Program-made: the position numbers and the translations under genes | Shown: positions 45,756-54,137 of the stretch, piece after piece | Numbering within the stretch: the stretch's first letter is position 1 | Layout of the letters: every line of letters starts with the position of its first letter | Notes under the pieces: model-generated | Databases searched by the model: none | Told to the model about the DNA's origin: nothing | The model's input: the letters and a program-made list of their open reading frames with translations, nothing else | From: a virus | DNA: 64,000 nt | IMG/VR virus record: IMGVR_UViG_3300029267_003703 | Span: 1 to 64,000 of that record | Direction: 5' to 3' (one strand)

Positions 45756-48440
45756 ATGACGATCTACCGGCTCACCGACATCGACTCCGACGACTACGTC
45801 CGCGCAGCCTTCTCCGGGCCCATCCCCCAGGTCGGTGTCGTCGAGTGGATCAACAACACCCCTGGGAGCCTCACACAGGCCCCGGTGAACGCTCCCCCGA
45901 TCGCCCCAAACCCCTATCCAGGCACGCACTTCGTTGCGGACAAAGAGGATGCGTACGACGGCAACGCCAACCGGGCCCACGGAGCGTTGGCAGAGGGCAT
46001 CGACGACCTCGACAACATCATGCATCGGGCCGTGGCGATCCCGTCGTACGTCGACTGGACGCCCGCCGTTGGCGCGCACCCTACGTTCACCATTCCGCCG
46101 GTGTCCGGCCCCGTCTACTTGGGCGCTCCTATGTCCCCCGGCAACCTGGACCACATCTCGTTGGTGTACGCCAGCAACCACGCTGCGGTTCTCGACGGAG
46201 CCGGCAACCGCATCGTGGCCTCGGGGCTCGTACCCGGTATCGGGGCCGGGTCCCTGATCAACGGGTTCTCCCCGGGCACCGGCGTCGACATTACGTGGAG
46301 CGCCCCGGTCACCGGGGACGCCGCCACTGTCTACCGCATCTACTACGGAAAGAAGAACAGTCTCGGCGCGCTTGGCCGCGGCGATCTGAGCCGGCTGGCC
46401 GTGTTCAACACCGAGGCGGTGGGCGCGGCCGTGCAGCAAGTCCTCAAGCTTCTGCACGCCCCCGCAGCTCTCGGGCAGCAGTGGAACGACCCGTGGCAAA
46501 CGACGATCTACGACGTCGCTTTCGGGGGCTTCAACTCTCGGTACAATCGAGCGACGCAGGCCCTGACGGACGAGACCGCGTTGCAAACGTCCCTGGCCGC
46601 GCTCGAATGGGGCATCCCCGACGTGACGCTCGACACCCCGGGGGGCGGCTCTTGGCTAGAACGTACTGGCCCGGCCCCCTTGTCCATCAGCCACAAGGCT
46701 GCGGGCGAGTACTACCTCGACAAGTTCGACGCCATGTGGCGCGCGGTGAACCTTGACGTGAACGCGGCACCCAAGTACGGAGGCTCTTCCGGCTTCGTGA
46801 TGGTGGGCGCTCGAGGAACGTTCACCGGCATCACGGCTACGCAAAGGGCTCGGGGTCTGGCGGGGTTCCTCCATACGACCATGCTCGGCATGACGTCCGG
46901 ATCTTCCTACGCACCGTTCCTTTACACCTGCGTGAGTGACGGGGCGGCGGGGACCCTTTCGTGGACGACGCCGCCGGGGTCCATCACCACCACCGAGCTC
47001 GAGCTCACCGTGGACTCTGCCGACTTTTTCTGGAAGACGGTCGGTGTCGACAGCCGGACAGGCATCTGCTGCGGCGTTGACATGATCGAGCTTCGGAACG
47101 TTTCCGGTACTCAGACCGGGGTGTACGTCATCTATGCGCTGAACGCCGGGAATGCTCGAAAGTGTTACCTGCGGCACTTGTCAGGCCATCAGGTCACGGT
47201 GGCTTCTCTCGACACGGACGTCACCTACCGGCTGCACAACGTCATCCACTACACCAGCGACGGCGTGTCGGAGATGGAGTGGAACCTGGCGTTTGTTGGT
47301 GGCTTCTCCCACCAGCCGGCTGTGCAGCTGTACGGGTCCGGGTACTTCCAGGCCCCTCTCATGGGCATGGCAGGGGCCACCCCCCTGCTACCGCCTATGC
47401 CTTTCAGTGTGTGGGGTACAGAGGGGCAGGCGATCCCCTCGCTGTGGTGGGGCGGTCGGGCCCTCAATGTTGACCCGGCCAGCGACCAGACTCCCCTCAT
47501 ACCGAAGGGCATGTTGATGCCCAACGGCAACGTCTGGGCACCCGGGCTGTTCGTCGACGACATCGGTCGCTACGACTTCATGAACCCGACTCTCCCCATT
47601 GACGTGCACTCGAACATCCGCCTCGACACAGGGCTCGGGTTGGTCGCCGACGGCCTGTTCACTCTCGGGTTGGCCCCAAGGTCGGGCACTGGCATTACGT
47701 GCGATGGCGACTTCACATTGACCCCGCCGACGGCCAAGTTGACCGCACCGTTCGTCGACGTGTTGGACACGCTTACCGCTGCCGTGGTCGACACTCCATC
47801 CGCGCTTGTCGACGTACTGGACGTGACGGAAGTGCGCAGCATGCCCGGGACATACGTTCTGTTCTCTCACGACCTGCGGGGCGGCCCCGGTGTAGAGCTC
47901 CTCTTCAATCGCGCGAACGTCGACTACATCAAGTCGCGCAGCGGCGGCACCCCCGTCTACATGGAGGACGGCTTGTTTTCCATGGGGGCCGCGTCGTTCG
48001 ACAACAGAACTCAGTGGGTCAGGTCTACGGAGCTGGTGTCGTTCGTCACGGCAAACACCATGGCCGTCGAAGTCGCGAACGCCGACATGCCGTACAGAGA
48101 CATTCGGGTGGACGGCACGTGGGGCGGTGGCACGGCCCTGTGGTACCTGCAGTTGGAGCTCAACGCCACGAAGTTGGTTCATGGTACCGTGCACTACGTT
48201 ACGGTGCGGGGCGACTTCAACATGGCCGGCCCGGGTATCCAGATTGAGTTTGTGGGTACCAGCGGCACGTTGGTCGTCACTGACTCATCCGACCCGCCCG
48301 CTCCACAATACGCCTTGTCGGCGTCTGGAGGCGACCAGACGGCAACATTCAAGTTGTTCGTGGCTGCGCAGGGCGGCATCGCCGGTACGCCGGCCGGCAA
48401 GGTGGTATACGTTGAGCGGATGGGCCAGCTGCTCACCTAG
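45756..48440 (+). CDS. Putative tail fibre/receptor-binding protein (894 aa)
   Basis: N-terminal ED....ANRAHGALAE..D.L anchor-like helix; last gene of the baseplate module. Confidence 0.65.
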   Translation: MTIYRLTDIDSDDYVRAAFSGPIPQVGVVEWINNTPGSLTQAPVNAPPIAPNPYPGTHFVADKEDAYDGNANRAHGALAEGIDDLDNIMHRAVAIPSYVDWTPAVGAHPTFTIPPVSGPVYLGAPMSPGNLDHISLVYASNHAAVLDGAGNRIVASGLVPGIGAGSLINGFSPGTGVDITWSAPVTGDAATVYRIYYGKKNSLGALGRGDLSRLAVFNTEAVGAAVQQVLKLLHAPAALGQQWNDPWQTTIYDVAFGGFNSRYNRATQALTDETALQTSLAALEWGIPDVTLDTPGGGSWLERTGPAPLSISHKAAGEYYLDKFDAMWRAVNLDVNAAPKYGGSSGFVMVGARGTFTGITATQRARGLAGFLHTTMLGMTSGSSYAPFLYTCVSDGAAGTLSWTTPPGSITTTELELTVDSADFFWKTVGVDSRTGICCGVDMIELRNVSGTQTGVYVIYALNAGNARKCYLRHLSGHQVTVASLDTDVTYRLHNVIHYTSDGVSEMEWNLAFVGGFSHQPAVQLYGSGYFQAPLMGMAGATPLLPPMPFSVWGTEGQAIPSLWWGGRALNVDPASDQTPLIPKGMLMPNGNVWAPGLFVDDIGRYDFMNPTLPIDVHSNIRLDTGLGLVADGLFTLGLAPRSGTGITCDGDFTLTPPTAKLTAPFVDVLDTLTAAVVDTPSALVDVLDVTEVRSMPGTYVLFSHDLRGGPGVELLFNRANVDYIKSRSGGTPVYMEDGLFSMGAASFDNRTQWVRSTELVSFVTANTMAVEVANADMPYRDIRVDGTWGGGTALWYLQLELNATKLVHGTVHYVTVRGDFNMAGPGIQIEFVGTSGTLVVTDSSDPPAPQYALSASGGDQTATFKLFVAAQGGIAGTPAGKVVYVERMGQLLT

Positions 48441-48448
48441 GAGGTATC

Positions 48449-48790
48449 ATGGACTTCGGACTCGACACGTTCCTCAGTTGGCAGACCGCACTGTTTGCCT
48501 GCGGCATCTACGCGGTCGTCTTCATCCTGCGTCGGCTCGTGGAGTTCTTCTACAAGAAGGCGAAGTACCAGGAGTGGTGGAAGCTCACCCTCACCCTCTT
48601 CCCCGGGGCGCTCGGCGCGCTTGCCGGGGTGTTCCTGACCGCGTTCCCGTACCCGGAGGTGCTCACCAACGGCACCGGGCGAGGGGTGTACGGTCTGGTG
48701 ATTGGCCTTGCTTCAGGCGTCATCTACCGGATCGTCAAGCGCATCATCAAGCAGAAGTTCCCACAGGCGTTTGAAGAGAAGAAGGAATGA
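48449..48790 (+). CDS. Putative holin (3 TM)
   Basis: Three hydrophobic segments, charged C-terminus, SD AGGAGG, first gene of the cassette after tail genes. Confidence 0.65.
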   Translation: MDFGLDTFLSWQTALFACGIYAVVFILRRLVEFFYKKAKYQEWWKLTLTLFPGALGALAGVFLTAFPYPEVLTNGTGRGVYGLVIGLASGVIYRIVKRIIKQKFPQAFEEKKE

Positions 48791-49122
48791 CCTTCTTTAG
48801 GGCATGGGCGTGGTTCAAGAAGTGGGGAGGTTGGGTCTTCGGCGGCCTAGCTTCCCTGGTCGCCATGCTCATCTTCTGGCGGAGGGAGCAGGCGGTCAAA
48901 CCTTCGATCCGCGAGGTTGAAGATGCCGTCGAAGAAGAGGCGGAGCGCAAGAAGCGCGAGGAAGCTGCAAAAGGCGAGCGCCAGGAAAACGTAGTCCACG
49001 AGGAAGCCTCTGGTAAACGAGAGGCCATCATAACCGAACTCGAGGGCAACGCCGAAGGCAAAGACGACCCCGACAAGGTTGCCGAGTTCTTGAAGGATGT
49101 CGGCGACGAGATGAGGCACTGA
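48787..49122 (+). CDS. Putative inner-membrane spanin-like protein
   Basis: N-terminal TM (WVFGGLASLVAMLIFW) followed by charged coiled coil. Confidence 0.55.
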   Translation: MTFFRAWAWFKKWGGWVFGGLASLVAMLIFWRREQAVKPSIREVEDAVEEEAERKKREEAAKGERQENVVHEEASGKREAIITELEGNAEGKDDPDKVAEFLKDVGDEMRH

Positions 49123-49355
49123 TGGCAACACCGACCGAAGAGTACATGGGGTACGCCGCCCGCATCATGGTGGTGCTCAACAACCACTCCGGGCCGGGGG
49201 AGTCAGAGGAGATCAGCCCTCTGCGTGAGGAGCTGACTCGTTTGGCCGAGGCGTTTCCGGATGAGATCGGCCCCCTCGACAAGTCCGCATCGGCGGTGGT
49301 CCAGTGGGTCATCGCCGGCTACGGGAGCGAGGTGTACACGCCTCCGGAGGTGTGA
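49122..49355 (+). CDS. Hypothetical protein
   Basis: TGATG overlap; 77 aa. Confidence 0.65.
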   Translation: MATPTEEYMGYAARIMVVLNNHSGPGESEEISPLREELTRLAEAFPDEIGPLDKSASAVVQWVIAGYGSEVYTPPEV

Positions 49356-49356
49356 C

Positions 49357-50124
49357 GTGGAAGCTGCCAAGATCGTTCTGAACCTTCCCGAGAAGCCCGG
49401 CCAAGATCGAGAGGAGACCCTCATCGAACTGGTGAAGGCCGGGGAGTACCTGCCCATTCAATGGTGCGCGTTTCGCAGCTCTCACAAGGGGCACAACGCC
49501 ATCATCTTGTGCACGGCTGACGCGCTTCAGGTGGGGACGCCCGAAGACTCCCTGCGCATCAACGTGACGCACACCGGCGCGCAGCGCATCGCCGACATCC
49601 TCGGCTTGCGGCTGCCGACCACCAAGATCGCAGACCTCATCCACCAAGAGGCCACCGTCCGCATCACCCCCTGCACGCAGACGCCTGACGCGCGCATGGC
49701 GGACACCTCGAGGATGTACCAGCACAGCCGCGCGGTCGGTGCCAAGACCAAGGGGCGCGGCGGGCTGACGTCTACCGTGGGCAAGGATTGGGTGTTGACC
49801 AACCGGCTCAAGGGCAAGCCCGACAAGGGCGCGAACTTCGGCTGGCACGTGGAGAAGGGCAGCTACTACAGCCCAGGCGGGCTACCGGTGCTTCAGCCCC
49901 TCGGCCTGGCCCACAACCGGCATCACGTGGACTACTCGCAGGTTCTGCGGCTCATCCACCCCGTCGTGACAGTGGACGGCAAGGACATGAACCTCGACGA
50001 CGTTCTTCAGGACGATGAGCTCAGCGGTCTCGTCAGCGACGAGGGGCCGCTTGAGATCGTCCGGCATCCAGGGGTCGAGCCCCCGAAGCACGTTACGCCG
50101 CCGCCCCTTGCCTGCGGCGCTTGA
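49357..50124 (+). CDS. Candidate endolysin of unrecognised family
   Basis: GTG start with GGAGG; globular enzyme-like motifs AQRIAD..LPT.KI.D, GKDWV, FGWH, HNRHHVDYSQ; in holin/spanin cassette. Confidence 0.5.
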   Translation: MEAAKIVLNLPEKPGQDREETLIELVKAGEYLPIQWCAFRSSHKGHNAIILCTADALQVGTPEDSLRINVTHTGAQRIADILGLRLPTTKIADLIHQEATVRITPCTQTPDARMADTSRMYQHSRAVGAKTKGRGGLTSTVGKDWVLTNRLKGKPDKGANFGWHVEKGSYYSPGGLPVLQPLGLAHNRHHVDYSQVLRLIHPVVTVDGKDMNLDDVLQDDELSGLVSDEGPLEIVRHPGVEPPKHVTPPPLACGA

Positions 50125-50719
50125 AGTACGCCTCGCTCTGCTGCTGTTGAGCGAACTGCTTCGGCAGAATCTTCTCGAGCTCGTCCGGCAGCATCCCCGA
50201 CTTGACCATCTTCACGAGCACCTCGCCGCACGCCCGGGCGTCGGCCGTGGCCTCGTGCGCGTCCTCGAGGACGACTCCCCAGCGGTTGCACACGTCTCCG
50301 AGCTTGCCCCCACGGGCGAACTTGTTCAGGACGCGGTCGATGGTCATCGTGCACAGGATGGCGTCGGGCTTTGGCATCTCGAAGCCCAGCCGCTCGAACT
50401 CCTGCTGCAGCATCCGCTCATCGAAGCTGGAGTTGTGCGCGACCCACACGGGGTAGCGGAGGAGCTGCTCGCTGATCTCCTCTACCATCTCCTCGAAGCG
50501 GTACGCGGTGGCCAGCTTCTCCATCGTCAGGTGATTGATGTCAAGGGCCTCTCGGACCTGTGGGTCATTCGGGTCGGCGTGCTTTGGCCGGATCATGGTG
50601 TCCCAGACTTCTACTTCCCTCCCATCTTCGAAGAAGACCAGAGACAGTTCGACGATCTCGTCGGTCTTGCGGAAGCCTGTGGTTTCAGTGTCGAACGCCA
50701 TTACTCTTTCGTGCCACAT
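50093..50719 (-). CDS. DEDDh 3'-5' exonuclease (DnaQ-like)
   Basis: FDTETTG, VAHNSSFD, HEATADA. Confidence 0.92.
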   Translation of the reverse strand: MWHERVMAFDTETTGFRKTDEIVELSLVFFEDGREVEVWDTMIRPKHADPNDPQVREALDINHLTMEKLATAYRFEEMVEEISEQLLRYPVWVAHNSSFDERMLQQEFERLGFEMPKPDAILCTMTIDRVLNKFARGGKLGDVCNRWGVVLEDAHEATADARACGEVLVKMVKSGMLPDELEKILPKQFAQQQQSEAYFKRRRQGAAA

Positions 50720-50725
50720 GGTCTA

Positions 50726-50787
50726 TTCATCTATCAGAAGATGAAAGAAGAAGCAACTTGTCTGTTTTGCCCCTCGGCGAGTAGACT
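50726..50787. promoter_or_regulatory. Divergent promoter region with inverted repeat
   Basis: Plus TTGTCT-N18-TAGACT-N6-ATG; minus TTGCTT-N17-TAGATG-N8-ATG; TTCATCT-N6-AGATGAA palindrome at 50726-50745. Confidence 0.55.
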
Positions 50788-50793
50788 GCGAGC

Positions 50794-51447
50794 ATGCAGC
50801 CCGCCGTCTATGAATCGTGCGCCCGATCGCTGCTGAAGATTGCGGCCACGAACCAGCAGATGCACGAAGCCATCTCGAAGATGGCGCCCAAGGGCGTGCA
50901 CGTGATGACGGACCCGACGAGGGGCCGAGTGCGAGAGAACTGGGGAGGCGGGGTGTTCGGGCCTCACCACCTACTCGAGGAGGCGCTGGGCCCCAGCCTC
51001 AAGAAGAGGCTGCCCAAGGGCAAGATCGTCATGACCTCTTCGGGCAGAGACCCCACTACGCTGGCGCACGAGATGGGCCACGCCCAGTTCGACGAGTCGC
51101 TCATCGGGCGGACTGTGCAGAACCCGTACGTGCGGGGGCTGAGCTCCCGTCTTGCCCCCATTGTGGGGGCCGGGGTCGGGTACGCTGCCGGTGCGGCTAC
51201 GCGCAGTCCTCTCGCGGGTGCCGCCGCCGGCGCAGCGGTGTCGGGCATCGGGCATCTGCCGACCCTTTTGAGTGAGGGCATGGCCAGCATGAAGGCGGTG
51301 GACAACCTGCGCGCCGCCGGCGCAAGCGACGCCCAGGTGGCGGCAGCCAAGCGCGACATGGGCAGGTGGCTCCTCACCTACATGAAGGACCCTGCCTTGC
51401 ACATGGCCGCAGGCGTGATTGCTGGTGGGGCCGGCGGTGCCGCATGA
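50794..51447 (+). CDS. Zinc metallopeptidase (YugP/Zn_peptidase_2-like) with N-terminal LLKIA signature
   Basis: LAHEMGHA, L.SEG.AS..A..L, LLTY; Gly/Ala hydrophobic helices. Confidence 0.7.
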   Translation: MQPAVYESCARSLLKIAATNQQMHEAISKMAPKGVHVMTDPTRGRVRENWGGGVFGPHHLLEEALGPSLKKRLPKGKIVMTSSGRDPTTLAHEMGHAQFDESLIGRTVQNPYVRGLSSRLAPIVGAGVGYAAGAATRSPLAGAAAGAAVSGIGHLPTLLSEGMASMKAVDNLRAAGASDAQVAAAKRDMGRWLLTYMKDPALHMAAGVIAGGAGGAA

Positions 51448-51962
51448 GTTGGGACGGTGACGAAGTGGACACGAAGGTAGAAGGTAAGGGGCGGCCCGAG
51501 AAGTCCCCTCATCGCCTGGCGGTGACCCGCCCATCTTGGGACGAGTACTTCCTGAACATCGCCGAGGCCGTGTCAGCCCGTAGCCACGACGCGGAGACCA
51601 AGGTCGGCTGTGTCATCGTTGACGTCGAACATCGAGTCTTGGCTACGGGGTACAACGGCTACCCGCCCGGGTACAGCGACGAGCTGCTCCCGAACATCCG
51701 ACCGTACAAGTACAAGTACATGGTGCACGCGGAGATGAACGCCATTGCGAGCTCGCGCGCGGACCTGCGCGGCGGCACCTTGTACTGCACCAGCACACCG
51801 TGCAACGACTGCGCGAAGGCAATCGTTACGGCCGGCATCAAGCGTGTCGTGTGCGCCAAAGCGTACTCGATGCACGACGGGGTCGCAGCAGAGGCCCTCG
51901 ATCTTCTTCGGATGGGCGGGGTCGAGGCTGTGGTAGGCCTGCCCGTGGAGTCTGTCGGATGA
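51444..51962 (+). CDS. dCMP deaminase
   Basis: RPSWDEYF..IA..RS..KVGCVIV, TGYNG, HAEMNAI, PCNDC. Confidence 0.93.
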   Translation: MSWDGDEVDTKVEGKGRPEKSPHRLAVTRPSWDEYFLNIAEAVSARSHDAETKVGCVIVDVEHRVLATGYNGYPPGYSDELLPNIRPYKYKYMVHAEMNAIASSRADLRGGTLYCTSTPCNDCAKAIVTAGIKRVVCAKAYSMHDGVAAEALDLLRMGGVEAVVGLPVESVG

Positions 51963-52359
51963 GCTACAGTGCGATGAAAGAGGGGCTGCTCAAGATCGCG
52001 GTTGATCCTGCGGCAGTTGGGGCCTTCGGACTAGTAACGCGATGCACGGGCACAGCCTGCCTGGGAACTTGCGCCCACCAAAGTTGCCCCACGCAGGCAA
52101 GGAGGCGTTGAAGGCTGGCCTGATCGCGTCCGTCCCACTGGCCCTGACCGGAGCAGCCATCCTTGCCCACCCTCAGTCCCGCAGAGAGATTCAGGATCCA
52201 CGGCTCTACTCCAACATTCGCGGCGGGCTCACCGGGGAGTCGGCGGAGGAGCGGGTGCGCGCTCACAAGGACATCGAGCGGAGCAACCGAGGCAAGGGCG
52301 TGTGGCGCGCCATGAAGGCTGGCTTCTCCCGCTCAGGGGCTAAAAAGAAGAGCGACTGA
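51959..52359 (+). pseudogene. Apparently frameshifted gene for an LLKIA-signature protein
   Basis: MSYSAMKEGLLKIA.. frame (51959) continues into the 52042..52359 frame only via a -1 shift near 52030. Confidence 0.5.
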
Positions 52360-52364
52360 GCGCT

Positions 52365-52595
52365 CTATCGGGCGGGGTAGTCAGCAGCGCCGAGGATGAC
52401 GCTGCTGTCGTCGGGGTCGCGGTAGACCTTCAAGTACACGCGCCGGCCGACGATCTGGCCGAGCGCGTTCTTGAGCAAGACCACCTGCGAGGCAGGGGTC
52501 CTTGGGTCTGCCACCGCGCACAGCAGCGCGTTGCACGCTGCTGTGGCCTCCCGCTGTTCGGTGGGGGAGAGCTTCCACCATGGTTTCTTTCCCAT
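52365..52595 (-). CDS. Hypothetical protein (MGKKPWWKL...)
   Basis: Fills the gap on the minus strand with typical codons. Confidence 0.6.
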   Translation of the reverse strand: MGKKPWWKLSPTEQREATAACNALLCAVADPRTPASQVVLLKNALGQIVGRRVYLKVYRDPDDSSVILGAADYPAR

Positions 52596-52683
52596 CACTA
52601 CTCTTGTGCCCGCTTCCCATCGAGTGTTGCCCGCTGGTAGGATCGTGGGGCAAGACGTTGCCATCACACCTCAGGAGGTTCCA

Positions 52684-53667
52684 ATGGCATCTGGAAGTGG
52701 ACTGTTTTCGAACAAGGGGCCGCTCAAGCCTCACCTCACTGAGGGCAAGGGCGGCGTTGCTGGTGAAGTTGCGGACCTTCGAAGGGACGTAGGGGCCGCT
52801 CTTGGCGGCCTAGCGGCCTTGGCGGTCAACCATTGGGACTCGCCGCCAGCGGCTGACACCGACGGCATCAAGACGAGCGTGGCGAGCTCCGATGTGGCTG
52901 TGGAGTACACCGGTGACGACTTCGACGGCGCCGAGTTCTTGGTTGTGACGGGCACTCGTGACCTCGACGAGCTCACGTACGGCGCCGGCGGGGCGCTCGA
53001 CGGCGAGACCTTGTGGGTCAAGGTCGGGGCGTCCGGGGTGCTGCAACACATCACTCTTGCCGCTCCTGCGGACAAGGCCGCGGTGGCGACGCAGCTCACG
53101 GCCTTTACCGGCATCACGGCCACGGTTGACGGCGCGGACCACCTGGTGCTCACCAGCGCGACGCTGCCCATTCACATCGTGCGCGCGACCGGTAACCTAC
53201 TCGAGGATCTCGGGCTCGAACTCGGTGTCGGCGTGATGGTGGGGGCTCGGCCGTTCACGGTCACGACCTCCGACTCTGCGGCGACGTGGGCCGGCAACTT
53301 CACGGTGTGGGGCCGGGACGTTCGCGGGCGTCTTCTCAGCGAGACGAAGGCCTTGGCGAACAACACGACGATCTCTACCACCACCCACTTCAAGTCGATC
53401 GAGAAGTGGGCGGTGGACCCGCAGAACAACGCGGCCGGTACCCTGTTGGCGGGCTTCGGCGCCACGCTCGGCCTCGAGGCCGCGCCGAAGATGCGTTCGG
53501 GCCGCCTCGTGATCATGCAGGAGCTCGAGGATGGGGCTGCGCCGGCGGCGGCGGGCGCGTTGTCGCTGCCCTCAGCCAACCCGCCGTACGGCGCGTATAC
53601 CCCCAACAGTGCTCCCAACGGGGCGCGGGACTTCACGCTCTACTTCGAGGCCGACCCGACCATCTAG
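52684..53667 (+). CDS. Putative virion structural (head decoration/neck-like) protein
   Basis: SD AGGAGG, TGG-TAGGAT upstream; Ala/Thr/Gly beta-rich; YTP..APNG.R.F.LY C-terminus. Confidence 0.7.
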   Translation: MASGSGLFSNKGPLKPHLTEGKGGVAGEVADLRRDVGAALGGLAALAVNHWDSPPAADTDGIKTSVASSDVAVEYTGDDFDGAEFLVVTGTRDLDELTYGAGGALDGETLWVKVGASGVLQHITLAAPADKAAVATQLTAFTGITATVDGADHLVLTSATLPIHIVRATGNLLEDLGLELGVGVMVGARPFTVTTSDSAATWAGNFTVWGRDVRGRLLSETKALANNTTISTTTHFKSIEKWAVDPQNNAAGTLLAGFGATLGLEAAPKMRSGRLVIMQELEDGAAPAAAGALSLPSANPPYGAYTPNSAPNGARDFTLYFEADPTI

Positions 53668-54020
53668 TTGAGCAACTGCTGCTCGTCCTTCTTCTCCACC
53701 AACAGATACGGGTTGCGCGTGCAGCCCGGCATGTGCTCCTCGAACACGCGGATTACCCACTGGTTGAGGATGTCGGCCGTGGCGGTCGCGTCTCTCGCTC
53801 CTGCGGCAGTCAGGGCTTTCAGCTGAGCGCTGGTCACGTCTGCCAGCAGGGAGGGGTGGTCGGCTACTGCCCTGACCGCGGACAGTACGCGGGCTACCTC
53901 CTTCACCCCCTCTGCGCTGACTGAGGCCAGCAGCAGCGCCGAGTCTTCGGGCTGCGTCTTTTGGATGACGAGGCCCGCAAGGTAGCGTTTGAACGGTGCG
54001 GGGAGGTTGTGGTCCGGCAC
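53664..54020 (-). CDS. Hypothetical protein
   Basis: GTG start with GGAG upstream; shares CTAG stop with the convergent gene. Confidence 0.6.
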   Translation of the reverse strand: MPDHNLPAPFKRYLAGLVIQKTQPEDSALLLASVSAEGVKEVARVLSAVRAVADHPSLLADVTSAQLKALTAAGARDATATADILNQWVIRVFEEHMPGCTRNPYLLVEKKDEQQLLN

Positions 54021-54137
54021 GAGCTTCTCCAGGAAGAACTCGAACAGGGTGCGGTCGAACTTCCCCCCCTACGGTCTCCAGCTTCTCAAGGTCGAATTGT
54101 ACTTTCATCTGTTTTCCCTCCTGGTATTCTACCTCAC

